Of a DNA stretch of 64,000 nt, positions 35,367 to 48,319 are shown piece after piece; position 1 is the stretch's first letter; each line of letters opens with the position of its first letter. Both the position numbers and the translations under genes were made by a program. The stretch is from assembly GCA_043228905.1 (NCBI GenBank), contig JBHGNT010000015.1, forward strand, positions 9,300,001 to 9,364,000, read 5' to 3'. The DNA comes from Azolla caroliniana (taxonomy: Eukaryota > Plantae > Polypodiophyta). The notes under the pieces are model-generated. The model worked only from the letters and a program-made list of their open reading frames with translations, had not been told where the DNA came from and did not search any database.

Positions 35367-37179
35367 GCGCAGACCCATGGAATCGAGTACGACGAGACCT
35401 TTGCTCCGGTAGCGAAGATGACTACGGTTCGTGTGGTGTTGGCGGTTGCTACGGCAAGGGGGTGGCATCTTCACCAGATGGACGTGAAGAATGCCTTTCT
35501 TCAAGGTGATCTTGAAGAAGAGGTCTTTATGACCCACCCCCGGTTTCTAGTCGGGGATGAACAAGTCGGCGGTATGCCGGCTAAAGAAGTCACTTTATGG
35601 CATGAAGCAAGCCCCCTGAGTTTCGAATGCCAAGATCACGCACCAATTGTGTAAGATGTGGTTTGCGGCCGCCAAGTCTGACTCTTCATTGTTCATCCGA
35701 TAAGATTCGGATGGTCCGGTTTGCATCTTGTTGTATGTTGATGATGTGGTCATCACCGGACTCGGACTCGATGAAATCAGTCGAGTCAAGTCCCAATTGT
35801 CGGATGCATTTGAGATGAAGGACCTGTGGGACCTTCACTATTTCCTTAGGATCAAGGTGATCCGAACCCCTGACGGTATATTGCTCTCACAAAGACACTA
35901 TGTGTTGAATATGCTATACAAGTTTGGCACGAAGGAATGTCGCCCGATCTCCACACCCCTGGACCGGAACCAAAAGCTCTGTCTTGACTCCGGACCGGTC
36001 TGCGATGAGAAGCGGTTTCGACAAATCATCGGAAGCCTTATATATTTGACAATCACCTGACCTGACATTAGTTATCCGGTCGGCGTGATGAGCCAATATA
36101 TGCATAAACCGACCGTGGACCACCTTCTGTGCGCGCATCGAATTTTGCGATATGTGAGCGGCACGAAGGAACGGGGACTGTTATACTGGCATGGTATAAC
36201 CGAAGAGCTAGTCGGCTACACTGATGCTGACTGGGCCGGCGATGCATAGGATCGTCGATCCACCTCTAGCTATATGTTTTCCCTTGGTAGCGCGACTGTT
36301 GCGTGGAGCAACAAAAAGAAGCCAACAATGGCCCTTTCAAGCACTGAGGTTGAATACCGGGGCGCTACTGTTGCCACCTGTAAAGCCATGTGGCTTCGGT
36401 GACTGCTGCAAGACCTGCGGATCGAGGTGCCAACCCGGATCCTGATCTACTATGACAACATAAGCAACATGCAGCTCGCCAAGAACCCCATGTTCCATGC
36501 TTGGACAAAGCACATAGAAGTTCATTTCCACTTCGTGCTTGAGCGGGTCCTAAGCGGTGAAGTCAAACTTCGGTATGTTCATATGGATCGTCAAGTTGCC
36601 GACATCTTAACGAAGCAGCTCGGATCGGACAAGTTGCAACACTTCACCAAAATGCTCGGTGTTCAGAATCTTGACATGCCACACTTGAGGGGGAGAACGG
36701 GCAAAGACACCGGAACAAGCAAAGGCAACGAAACTGCCGATTGCGCCAGTGAGGGAAGAACCGAAAGAGGGAGAGACAAGAAGAAGAAAGGAGCCGAGTC
36801 GACAAAGGAAGTTGACACATCCGAACAAGTCGGAACAAGCGACAACGACGATAGAGTCAAGAAGGACAAAGCCAACCGGAAGAAGAAGGACAAGACCCGG
36901 ACATGGTCCAATGTGGTGAAGGGCCTGGAACCTGAAGACGAATTGGGAGCAACCGATTCGGACAAGAGCTGGAACAAATCGAAGACAATTGATTCGGTTC
37001 AACCGAAAGATTCGGAAGAACCGGATCAATTCAAGGTCAAGAGGACGAGAAGGCAACAAAAGTCGATGCCAACACGAAGGAATTGGCGAATCAACAAGTG
37101 CCGAAGTCATAGCAGCGAGGGAGCTGATTTGGGCCTGTTGAGCAGACAAGCCGACCGAGGAGGTCGAGGTGCGCAGTAA
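35367..37179 (+). pseudogene. pol: Copia RT-RNase H with a charged C-terminal extension
   Basis: [50 protein letters not shown]. Confidence 0.92.
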
Positions 37180-37772
37180 CAGAAGGGTCATGGTAAACGG
37201 GACCGGACCGGACGAGGAGCGCAAGCGAGGCGGAGTGACGCCAGAAGGAGCTGGGTGGAAGGACCGGCTGGCATGGAGACTAACACTACGATCCGACCTC
37301 AAGTTGAGCTTGAGGGGGAGTGTTGAACGGCAAGCTCAACCGGATCCAGATCGACTGAATAAGCCTGAGCCGGATTGGCATCCAGAAGGATGAGCCGGAT
37401 TAGTGAGTCGGTAAGCAAGTGGGCCGGTGAGCAAGTGAGCCGGTTAGCCGGATTCATCAGTAACCGGAAGCCTAGTAGTACCCGAGGCTACTAGGCAGTT
37501 AATGTCTCGTAGTTAGTGTCAGACGCTCGTGTGAGCATTGAAGCACACCATACTTCTGTCAGTCCGTATGGACTTGTATAAAAGTGTTCACTGAACACAG
37601 ACGATGTACAGAGTATTATAGAGAACTATTATTGTTTTGTAATAGATTTTTAACTTGTTCTGATCTCTCTCTCTCCGACTCTCCCGCGTATTGTGTATTT
37701 TCAAGCTCTCCATTAATCCTGAGTATTTTCTGTGTTCGGTTTTCTACTTGTTTCTGCACGCTATTCTTTACA

Positions 37773-37970
37773 ATGCCTGAATATGTGCTTGACGGCCTCC
37801 CAATGCCTCCGTCCTGGGTTTGACATGTACCGGTTGACCACTCCTACAACATAGGCTTGGTTAGGTCGGGTCACCACCATTGCGTACACGATACTTCCTA
37901 TGATCGATGTGTAGGGCATCTTTTCATTAAGCGCTCTCTCCTTGTCTGTTGAAGAAGAGTCTCTATCCAA
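37773..37970 (-). mobile_element. Copia B RT fragment (continues at about 17500-17645 and 39496-40490)
   Basis: MPYTSIIGSIVYAMVVTRP..HWEAVKHIFR on the minus strand. Confidence 0.85.
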
Positions 37971-39312
37971 TGTGGGATAAGTTATTGTTGACGCCGAGGT
38001 CATAGACGAGGAGTGCGCAAATGGTGGATCATTGGCGGGCAGAAGAGATATCGGAGAGGAGGAACACCAAGGTCGATTGAGCGCACCCGAATCGATAGAG
38101 TGCTTGGTGTATATGAAGAGATAGTTGTAGGTATTAAGAAGAGGGGCAAGGGTAGGGGATTAACATACTAATTGAAAAATGAAAGAGAGGGAGAAAGGGG
38201 AAGGGGGGTGGCGGCTAAACATAAAAACTAATAAATTAAACCGTAAATAAAAAAATAAAAAAAACATAACCCTAAGTGTAACACAAGGTAAAGGGAGGGG
38301 TAGGAGGGATTAACCTATTAATTAAAAATAAAGTGAAAGAGAGAGAGATATTAAAACATAATAAACCAAAGATTAAAGATTAAAAACGAGATTAAAACAT
38401 AATAAACCTAAGATTAAAGATAAAAAACGAGATAAAAAACCTAATTAAAGTTTAAAAAGTGGAAGGGAGGGGATTAACATAAAAACTAATAAAATGATTA
38501 AACCGTAAATAATAATAAAATATAACCCTAAGTGTAACACAAGGTAATGGGAGGGGTAGGAGGGATTAACCTATTAGTTAAAAATAAATTGAAAGAGAGA
38601 GAGAGGGAGAGAGATTAAAACATAACAACCCTAAGATTAAAGATTAAAAACGAGATTAAAACATAATAAACCTAAGATTAAAGATAAAAAACGAGATTAA
38701 AAACCTAATTAAAGTTTAAAAAGTGGGGTAAGGGGAGGGGAAGGGATTAACATACTACTTAAAATGAAAGAGAGAGGTACCATTTACAACTAAAAAACGA
38801 GATTAAAACATAATTAAAAGGGGGAGGGAGAGATAAAACATAAGTAAAAACATAATTAGAAAAGGAAGAGAGAGAGAGATGAAACATGTAATTATCATTA
38901 GGGAAAATTACATTGGGTTTTTGGTGGGTGGGGGGGGTGCATGGTGTTACGTAACCGGAAAACTAGTTTCGCCCCGAAGGGCTCATTAGTGCCATAAGAC
39001 CATGAGGGTGAGGGAGGGGATTTATATAGGATTTTAGGAGAGGGGTAGAGTGAGGGTGTGGGTTCAAAATAGGGAGTGGGGGGTAGGGGTGTGCTATGTG
39101 TATATGTGCACATTCAGGGATGGTAGTGGGGTGTAAGGTTTTTAAAGATAGGGAAAAGGGAATAGTGAGAGGGTGTAAGGGAGAAAAAAAAGGTAAGAGA
39201 GAGGGTAAAGGATGTGCACATGTGTATGTTGAGGAAGGAGAGTGTAATGGTAAGGGTGTTAAAATATAGGGAAAAAGGGAACGTAATGTGGGCAAAAGTG
39301 TAGGGCCAAAAA

Positions 39313-39354
<42 letters not shown>

Positions 39355-39495
39355 TAAATATTTGGTTTAGAATAAGGGGTATAGGGTGGCTAAGGAAAAA
39401 TGGAGGGGTAGAGGCATAAATAGGGGAAAAGTTGGAGGAGGGGTAGAGGTGTAAATAGGGAAAAGTTGGATAAGGGGTAGAGGCGTAAATAGGGA
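37971..39495. repeat. Purine-rich low-complexity block with internal duplications (unclassified repeat or LTR-like fragment)
   Basis: Segments such as AACCCTAAGTGTAACACAAGGTAA and TAAAGATTAAAAACGAGATTAAAACATAATAAACC are duplicated between about 38215 and 38760. (GA)n tracts. CCTATATAAAT on the minus strand near 39025. Confidence 0.5.
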
Positions 39496-40490
39496 AAAGC
39501 GCCTTAGCACCTTCCAGGGACTGGGAGAGTAGGATAGTCTTGGTCGTCCAATTTTGCTCGATCCTCATGCCCAGTATGTGACGGGCTTGTTCGAGTTCCT
39601 TCAGAACTTGTCGTGAAGGCTCCGCTTCAACTTTCCGATCTCTCCTTGGCTGCTTCCTGTAATCAGCATGTCGTCGACATATAGGATCAGATAAATCCTA
39701 CATTTGTCGGCCACTTGCTGTGAAGCCTACCGGTTGAGACATGCGGATGTCTTCTTCTAGATATCCGTGTAGGAATGTCGTCTTTACATCCAGCTGCTCT
39801 AGCTCTAGGTTTTCTGTAGCCACAACTCCTAGTAAGAGTCGAAGGGCGGTCATCTTGACCATTGGTGAGAATATCTCCTCGTAGTCGACCCCATGTTCTT
39901 GTTTGAACCCTTTCGCGACAAGCCGAGCTTTGTACTTGGGTTTCTCTCAATCAGATACATATTTGTAGCGGAAAATCCATTTGCAAGGTAGCGGCTTCCT
40001 TCCAGCTGGTACCTCGACTAGCTCCCATGTCTGATTCCTGTGAATTGAGTCCATTTCAGATTTCATGGCTTTTAACCATGTATCAACGTTCGTTGTTGCC
40101 AGAACTTCTTCATAAGTGATTGGTTTGCCCGCATCGGTGTAGTTCACGTAGTTGAGGTTTGGTTGAAAAAACTCTGTTGGTTTTCGAGCTCGTCTAGATC
40201 TCCTGGGTGCCGAGACAAGTGGTTCAGATTCTTCAATCGACTCTGTTGGTTTATCGGTATTTGTTGAGCCATTTGTGTCAGGAGTCTTGTTAGGTGACCT
40301 GCCCCCAAGTCGGGATTTCGGTGGTGTCACGTTGTCCTCCCTTATGGACTTTGTCGAGTCAGTTTTGTTTCCTACTCACATCTTGTTGACTTTGCCTTCT
40401 TCAACTCTTGTTGAATCGGCTCTATCTTTGATGGATTTGTCTTCGAGTTTGACTAGTGGACTTCCTACCGATTCAGAGTCGGCAGGTATA
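39496..40490 (-). mobile_element. Copia B integrase-RT linker and RT fragment
   Basis: AMKSEMDSIHRNQTWELV, KPLPCKWIFRYK, LILYVDDMLI. Homologous to 44040-44690. Confidence 0.88.
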
Positions 40491-41599
40491 TTGTGATGGG
40501 AACCCAACGTTCCTTATGCAGGCACAAGTACAAAACGACTCTAAGTGACTCTGTATGGATGATCAACCAAGGAAACTTGAAGATAGGAAGCAGGCACAAG
40601 TACAATAACTTGTACCCAATGATGGTGATCAATCCAGATGGGGCCGTGAACGTAGCCGAGAAGACCAACCCAAACTTATGGCATGAACGACTCGACCATA
40701 TGTCTCAAGCCAGACTTGATCGGCAGATGTCGGTCGGCTACATCCCGAAACTCCAAGGGAAGATGGACTTCTGCGAGCACTGTCGATATGGGAAATGGAC
40801 CCGAAGTCCACACTCTCTCCATTATGAGACAGTACAACAACCCCTAGAGCTCATGCACATAGACATATGTGGGCCCATGCCAGAACGATCACTAGTAGGC
40901 TCCCAGTACTTCATCACATTCGTAGACAACTGTACACGGAATGTTTGGGCATACTCCATCAAGTCCAAAGATGAAGCTCTTGAGGTATTCACTCGATGGA
41001 CATCTGAAGTGGAAAACCGATCAGGATACAGAGTGAAGACACTCCGATTTTGACAGTGGAGGTGAGTACACCTCCAGAGCCTTCAAACAATACTTGTCCG
41101 ACAAAAGGATCCGACATCAAAAGACCGTTCCCTACACACCCACACAAAATGAAGTGGCAGAACGGATCAACAAAACAATCTAGGAGAGGGTGATGGCAAT
41201 GCTCCAGCAAGCCGGACTGAAGCTGGAATTCTGGGCAGAAGCATTGCAGATGGCAGTATACCTAATAAATCTAGCATTGTCAAGATCAATCAGGCTTGAA
41301 GTGCTACATGCACTATGGTCAAGCAAACAACCGACTTACGATAGGCTCCGTATATTCAGATGCGAAGCCTACGCATTCATCGATAAAGATAAAAGGACAA
41401 AATTGGCACCCCATGCAACGAAATGCATATTTCTCGGTTATGGAACCGATGGGGAATTTGGCTACAGGCTATGGGACCCTGAGAACCGGAAACTAATTTC
41501 AAGTAGTGACGTAGTCTTCAATGAAGACTCTTTCTTCTCTCAGTGGAACTAGCAGAAAACAGTTGGTAAAAAGGTATCCTTCCAAGATGACAGAGACAT

Positions 41600-43965
41600 T
41601 ATCGTGATGTTTCTAACACATAGTGTGAAACCACCCTCGAAAAGAAGTAAAATAGTAGTTCAAATAAATTAGTATTGTGAAGTCAACTTTATTGGTAGAA
41701 AAAATACTTTTCCATTTTCCAAAGATAATTCCTTATAAATAAATGGTCAAAGGATTGAACCTTACAATAAATAATGATGAATATTAAGTTAGAGGCGATT
41801 TTCAAATGTAGAGAAAAGTAGAGAAAAAGATGGAGAGAAAAAAAAGAAGCACGCGTGGATATGAGGATCACAATAGAGAAAAAAAAGCTCATAATTTCCT
41901 CATCAGATGTCCAAATTAGAAAAGAAAAGATGCATAAGAAAGCTAACCCAAAGAGCTTTCCAAGAATATCTTGCATGTAAAATTTGGGGCTAGAAAACAG
42001 AAATAGTGAGGAAAAGAAAAGTTGACTCATATAGACAAGCTTTTTTTTAGGGGGAAAATGCAAGCAATCCTAAACCTATAAATAAGAGCCTATTCTAGTG
42101 AAGAAGGGGGGGAAGGAGAAGGAACGCGGAAGCTCTACTCAATTGGAAAGTGAAGAAGAAGGATCAACAACATTGAGAGGCATCCTCAACAAAGAAACTC
42201 CTTCTATACTCCACTCTCTTCTTTCCTCCACCTCTCTTTCCCCATTCATTTATAAACAATCCTTCATATTCGCATCCAACCCATTATGACATGATTCTTA
42301 TCTTATAAAAGAATTTATTATATTGATATAAACTAATGTTTTCTATCAACTACTTCTCTTGTGTGTAAATCTTGATTGTGCTGATTTGTTATCGTCATTT
42401 GTGCTTATTTGTTTGTGTGTCTTGTGACAAGGGATCGTTTCGGGCTTGCCCATGCACCTCTCCTTTCACAAATGCATTCGAAATGGTGTCTCCCGTGTGT
42501 AAACCTTGCTTGTGTGTTCGTGCGACTTGTGGCAAGGGAGCATTCGGGCCTGCCCATGCACCTCTCCTTTCACAAAGGTGTTCGAAATTGTTTCTCCCGT
42601 GTGTAAACCTTGCTTGTGTGTTCGTGCGACTTGTGACAAGGGAGCGTTTCGGGCTTGCCCATGCACCTCTCCTTTCACAAAGGTGTTCGAAATTGTGTCT
42701 CCCGTGTATAAACCTTGCTTGTGTGTTCGTGTGTTTTGTAATAAGGAAGCGTTCGGGCTTGCCCATGCACCTCTCCTTTCACAAAGGCATTCGAAACTTT
42801 GTGACGGGAACTCAAGGCTCCTTATGTCCAACACTCGGCAACAACCGAGCTTCTTTACATACGCAGAAAACGGGAAACAAATGCACGACACAGTGGAGAG
42901 AAAAAAAAAAAATACACGGGAGGTTTATGTGGAAAACCCCAAACTAAGGGAAAAACCACGGCAGCCCACAGGCTACAAACTGTCACTATGTGAGAATGTA
43001 CAATAGTGAGTTCACTGAGGCAACGACCTCGTGCTCACAGATCTTCGCCACACACGCCGGTTACAACAGAGGCAACGACCTCTTTCTCTCTCTCTCTGTA
43101 CACTATTACGTGCTCTCTCTTCTTCTTGCACCAACAAAGAAAAAATGACAACAACAACAGTTACTAAAAGTTTGCCCTAAGTCATATTTATACTAATATG
43201 ACTTTTCGGCTATTTACAAATGTAGCCTCGATGGGCTCTCAGAAACATATTTACGAATATGTCTCTTCATCCGGTTCTCACCGGGTCTGTACCATCCGTC
43301 TCTCCGTAGCCGGGTACTCCTCATCCGGTTCATACCGGGCCTGCACCATCCGGCTCTCCGTAGCCGGGTACTCCTCATCCGGTTCATACCGGGCCTGCAC
43401 CATCCGGCTCTCCGTAGCCGGGTACTCCTCATCCGGTTCATACCGAGTCTGCACCATCCGGCTCTCCGTAGCCGGGTCATCCTCATACGGTTTCGGCCTC
43501 GGCCGAGTTTGTTCATAGGCACTGTTCTTCTTCCTTCCCATCCGGAGGGACCTGATTCCCAACACTTTGTCTCTCGTGTGTGTAAGTAAGCCTTTTCCTT
43601 GTGTATCCGTGTATAAGCCTTTCTCACGTGCCTTCGTTCGCCTTGTGACTAGGGCTTGATTCGGGCTTGCCCATGCACCTCTCCTTTCACAAAGGCATTC
43701 GAAACTTTGTCTCTCATGTGTGTAAGTAAGCCTTTTCCTTGTGTGTCCGTGTATAAGCATTTCTCATGTGCCTTCATTCGCCTTGTGACTAGGGCTTGAT
43801 TTGGGCTTGCCCATGCACCTCTCCTTTTCACAAACACATTCGAATACTCGTGCCTGGTTTGTGTAAGCCTTCCTTGTGTTGTGCGTGTAAGCCCTATTTC
43901 CTTCCTGTCCATAACCCTGGCGGTTCCGCCTCACAATCCGCACATAGTGATAGATTTTCACGACA
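41600..43965 (+). mobile_element. Solo LTR of the fungal-like gypsy family with a 105-bp tandem array
   Basis: TATCGTG (decayed TGTCGTG)...CACGACA with 4-bp TSD ACAT/ACGT. Repeat cores at about 42441, 42546, 42651, 42756, 43662 and 43803. Confidence 0.85.
42802..43564 (-). mobile_element. Solo LTR (family of 997-1833) nested in a solo LTR
   Basis: TGACGGGAA...TTCCCAACA with perfect TSD CTTTG. Four 54-bp repeats at about 43270-43485. Confidence 0.93.
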
Positions 43966-45134
43966 ACGTCGTAGAAGGACCGACCTATCGGGCCAACTCA
44001 GAGATTCTACAAATAGTCGAACTTGAACAAGCCAACCACATACCTACCGATTTCGAATTGGTAGGAAGTCCATTAGTCGAACTCGAAGACAAAGCCATCA
44101 ATGACAGAGCTGATTCAACAAGAGTCGAAGCAGGCAAAGCCAACAAGATGCAAGTAGGAAACACAACCGAGTCAACAAAGTCCATAGGGGAGGACAACGT
44201 GACACCATCGAAATACCAACTTGGGGGTGGGTCACCTAACAAGACTCCTGACACAAATGGTTCAACAAATACCAATCGCCCAACCGAGTCGATCAAAGAA
44301 TACAAACCAATTATCTCAGCACCCAGGAGATCTAGACGAGCTCAAAGGCCAACAGAGTTTTTGCAACCAAGCGTTGACTATGTCAACTACAACGATGCAG
44401 GTGAACCAATCACTTATGAAGAAGCTATGGTCGCAACGGATACCGACACATAGCTACAAGCCATGAAATCTGAAATGGACTCGATCTACAAGAATCAGAC
44501 ATGGGACCTTGTTGGACTATCAGTTGGTAGGAAGCCGATACCCTGCAAATGGGTTTTCCGATACAAATATGTATCTGACTCGGACAAACCCAAGTACAAA
44601 GCTCGGCTCGTTGCAAAGGGATTCAAACAAGAATATGGGGTTGACTACAACGAGATATTCTCACTAGTAGTCAAGATGACCACCCTCCCACTCTTACTGT
44701 TAACTCTTAGGGCCGGACAATGGCCTAACACAGGGTGTCTACGGAAGACACTTCACCAAAGGGGTGTTACGGCAAGAGGATTAGGCTCAACGATTAATCC
44801 GACTTAATTAGGTTACTTAGCAAGATCGTCCTTAATAATCACACACGTAAGATATAACGATGAATGCAGAACGACAATTAACACAGAGAGATAAAAACAC
44901 TAAGCTTCATTAATTATCCGCTGAACATTACATTGCATCCGGGCCTTTAAATAGGTTTCCGGTTTGTAGTACAAAACGGTGCCATCCGCACCTGTTCGGG
45001 ATCGGTTCGGATCCGGAACGGCATACCGATTCCGGTCCGTCCGTCGACACTAACAGCTCACTTACAACCATTCCTTAATAATTAAATAACTCCTTCATTT
45101 CACACTCTAGACTCCTTTGCAGGCCGATAACACA

Positions 45135-45151
45135 TGGCACGCCCGTGGGAC
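45135..45151 (+). promoter_or_regulatory. Antisense-oriented PBS-like motif (tRNA-Arg 3' end) at the PPT position
   Basis: TGGCACGCCCGTGGGAC, 2 nt from the LTR. The first 16 nt are identical at 59206-59221. Confidence 0.8.
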
Positions 45152-45239
45152 AGTACCTTGTACGTCGAATCCACCATCCGACCCTTGCTATTCTTCGTTG
45201 TTGCTCCGTTGATGGCTGCTGCGACTGGTTCGTTGGTGG

Positions 45240-47870
45240 CTACTGCGGCTGCTCCTCCGTTTGTTGCTCTGAACCCGGCGTTACCGTCGTAGTGGTCTCC
45301 GGTTGACTAGTTCCGGCCTGGCCCTCGTCCGGCGATGGTTCCTCATCACTAAGGTTAACCGTTGCCGCTTCCCGTGCTTTTTCTTCTTGAACCCGGGACC
45401 GCTCGTAGCTCTCAAACTGGATTTGAGCGTCCAGCCTATCATCGTCTAGCTGAGCTACGAGTTGCCAGACCTGCACCAGCTGTTCATCCGCCAGGACTTG
45501 GAAGTCTTCGGCCAGCTCGTCCCATATGGCGGTGAAGTCCTCGGAAGTCAACGTGTAACAATCATCTCCTTCCTTCCGCCGGTTTTCCCAATCTACCCGT
45601 AGCAATTGGAGTTCCGCCGTATTTTGTGCCCACTTTGTCCACCATCTTACGGAGCTTTCGTCAATCAAGCGTTTTGTCTAATTCAGCCATGCCCGGAGGA
45701 TGCACTGAATCCGGCCCGTTCCCATCTGCGATTTGATCTCCGCAGCTTGCCGTTCCTCCATCAATTGCTTGATGATTTTGACGTTGTCTTCCGCCTGCTC
45801 CTTGTAATGCGTCAATTGCCCTTGATATGTGCTTTGTAATTTTTGCAATACCATTGACGCTCTCTCCCTTTCTTCCTGTTGCTGCCTCTGGAGCTCCATC
45901 CGGACCTTCTCCGCCTCGTCCAACCGTCTTGTATTTTCCGCTCGTTCGTCGGCGAGCGCCATCGCGACCCGATCAACTTCCTGCCAGAGCTCGGCCATCC
46001 GTTCCTTATGCTCCGTTTCAAGTGCTCAAAATCATCTGTCTTTTGCTTGAGCCGTACGTTGATCTGTCGACGGGCCAAGTCCTCGCGGTCCTTTTGCTGG
46101 CGGAGCTCCTCCTTTAGCCGTTCAATATCCGTTTCCACCGTCTTCCGAAGCTTGTCCTTTTCCTGCAGCACTTTGTCTTTTTCCTCCCTTAGCTGTTCGT
46201 AAGCTTGATGGCCTTTCCGGAGGCTCTCCTCTGCCCGGTGGAGGTTCTCAGCAGTCTTCTTTAATTCTGCTTCGGCCGCTGTCTTTAATTCCCGTTCACG
46301 GCTCCTTAGCGCTTCTTGTGCGGCAAGTTCATCTCTCAATTCCGCAAGCTCCTGGGCTTACGCCACATCTTTCTCTGAAACGGTTTCCGTTGTCGGGGTC
46401 TTATTAGTATGTACAGGTTGGTCTGTTTCTTTATTCTGTACACTTACCGGAGTCACCGGTGCTTGGATCTGTGTTGCCGTTAAGGCCATTTTGGCCATTT
46501 CTGTCGTGACCTGATCCAAGTCTTTTTCAAGGCACCGTATTCTGGACCGAGCCGTCTCTAGTTGTTCAGTTGTGACGAGCACACATTCGCTTTGCGCTCT
46601 TTCTTCCGCCTCAATATACCCCACTGCTCTGGCAATCTGTTCGCCTATCCACCGGAGCCACAGGCTACCGGTGCATTGTTGTTGCGCTTGCATAGAGGTT
46701 TGACGGATTGGCTCGCTTGTGGGTAGGTGGTCCCGCCTGATTGCGTCGAGTTGCAATTCCGTTTCTGCTCATGTTCCACCCTGCTGTCCCGGTTCCCCTT
46801 GCGCTTCTTCTTGGTTGGCCGAGGGAGGCTGCATTGACCTTTCCAGCTCTGGCGGAACGGGACTTGCCGGTGCTGCAGGGTGGTGCAGGGGCTTCTGATT
46901 CCGGTGCCATGCGCACCGGTTCCAGATCCTCCCTTGGTGTGGGAGTCTCAATATGGGGAGTCGGTGTTCCCTCCGTCTGAGGGTCCGAACGTTTCCTGGC
47001 TGCCTCGACGGTCCTTGCCGACGACCGTCGCTGGAGGTGCTCAATAGGCTCCTCCTCTATTTCCTCTTCCTGAGTCCCGGCATTGAGTTTCACCGCCAAG
47101 GGGTCAGCTTCTAAATTCACCGGTCGGCGGAGTGTAATCTTTACGGGCCGTACCGGTGGTTCCTCCTGCGCATCCGTTGGCCGCTTCCGGCTGGCGCTCT
47201 CCTTTCCCGCCTGTTCTACGTCCGCCGCCTTCCCCTTAGTGGCCTTAGAGGCCAACAACTGTTGTCTTTTGGAAGCAGTCTTTGGGGTGCCGTCCACCAC
47301 TCTTCCCTGCTTCTTGGGCTCGACGGGCTCGACGGGTGGCACAAGCAAGGTGAGCCACTACGTTACTGCGTGCCATATCTTCCGTCCGTCTTGGCCTTCT
47401 TTGCCGTCTTTTCCTCTGACGATCTCGATCGCCGCACACAAACCGTTTGCGATCAATACCGGCCAATCCACCTTGATCCCTTCATAGGTGGCGATGATCA
47501 TCCCTGCCCGGTTCTGCGGCATGACAGGGGGTCTAGGGTACACATGGCCGTATTTGTGGAGCAAACGGGCAATCTCGCGGAATAGCATATCTCCACCGCC
47601 CTGTGTCTGGTAGCCCTTGCTAGCTAGGGAGTACTCACCAAAATACTTGATGAGTTGCTCCGAGGTCGGATTGTCGATCGTGAATATGCCTCCCTCCAGA
47701 AGGCCTGTTAATGCACGGATCGCCTCCTCCGTTATGACCTCTGTGTCGATTTCTTTGATCACCTTGCCGGCTTCTTTGTGTGGCGGTGCCTCCATAATCG
47801 TCAAGAAGCCCTCGAACCCGTGTTGCTTTAGCCATTTCTTGGCGGCTTCCGACAACGTTTGCGGGTCCAT
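45240..47870 (-). pseudogene. Extra ORF downstream of integrase: globular N-domain, disordered linker, long coiled coil
   Basis: ORFs 47358-47966, 46665-47348, 46358-46756, 45812-46339, 45678-45998 and 45240-45668, joined by frameshifts. Conserved homologue at about 59300-61540. Confidence 0.8.
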
Positions 47871-48319
47871 GTCTGTGTCGAGGTCGGATTGTGGTGGCGA
47901 GGTTGGATGGTGATGAGAGTGAGAGTGTGAGAGAGAGAGTTCAGAAAGTGGGGGTTCTCTATGCATAGGTTCTCGTCTGGTGATCTACCAACGCCTTGGT
48001 GCTTCTGTGCTCCTGGGTTCGTGAAATGAGAAGGTCTCCATGCGCTGTGGTTTTTCTCTATGCATTCTGGCGCCTTTTTCGAGCGCGTGCACGTCGTGTC
48101 CTAAAATAGCATTATGTCTTGTGGCGGCACTTAAATGCCCACTACATACCTTTTCACTCCTCGCTCTCTCGTCCATTCATACCTCGCTTTTGCATGATTA
48201 CTTCGCTTTTCTTTTCTTTCTTTTTTATATTTTTAATGTAATGTGAGGTTACTTGTCCGTTGGTCCTATCGGACCCTTACCGGCCTCATTACGGTTTGCT
48301 GTCGCCTCATTCTCCCCAG

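Larger units (their letters stand above)
17646..37772 (+). mobile_element. Full-length Ty1/copia family A, copy 2, hosting nested insertions
   Basis: LTRs 17646-18050 and 37321-37772. PBS TGGTATCAGAGC at 18051. PPT TGAGGGGGAG at 37311-37320. TSD GTGCC/ATGCC. gag-PR-INT-RT-RH order. Confidence 0.95.

Noticed and set aside
36607-37302. 231-aa antisense ORF and the many other antisense ORFs over TE coding regions
   Set aside because: Shadow frames of GC-rich retroelement ORFs.
44698-45151. Reading the Athila-like element as plus-oriented with an ordinary PBS at 45135
   Set aside because: All coding domains and the LTR TATA are on the minus strand, and there is no PPT before 54079 either, so this reading does not remove the anomaly.
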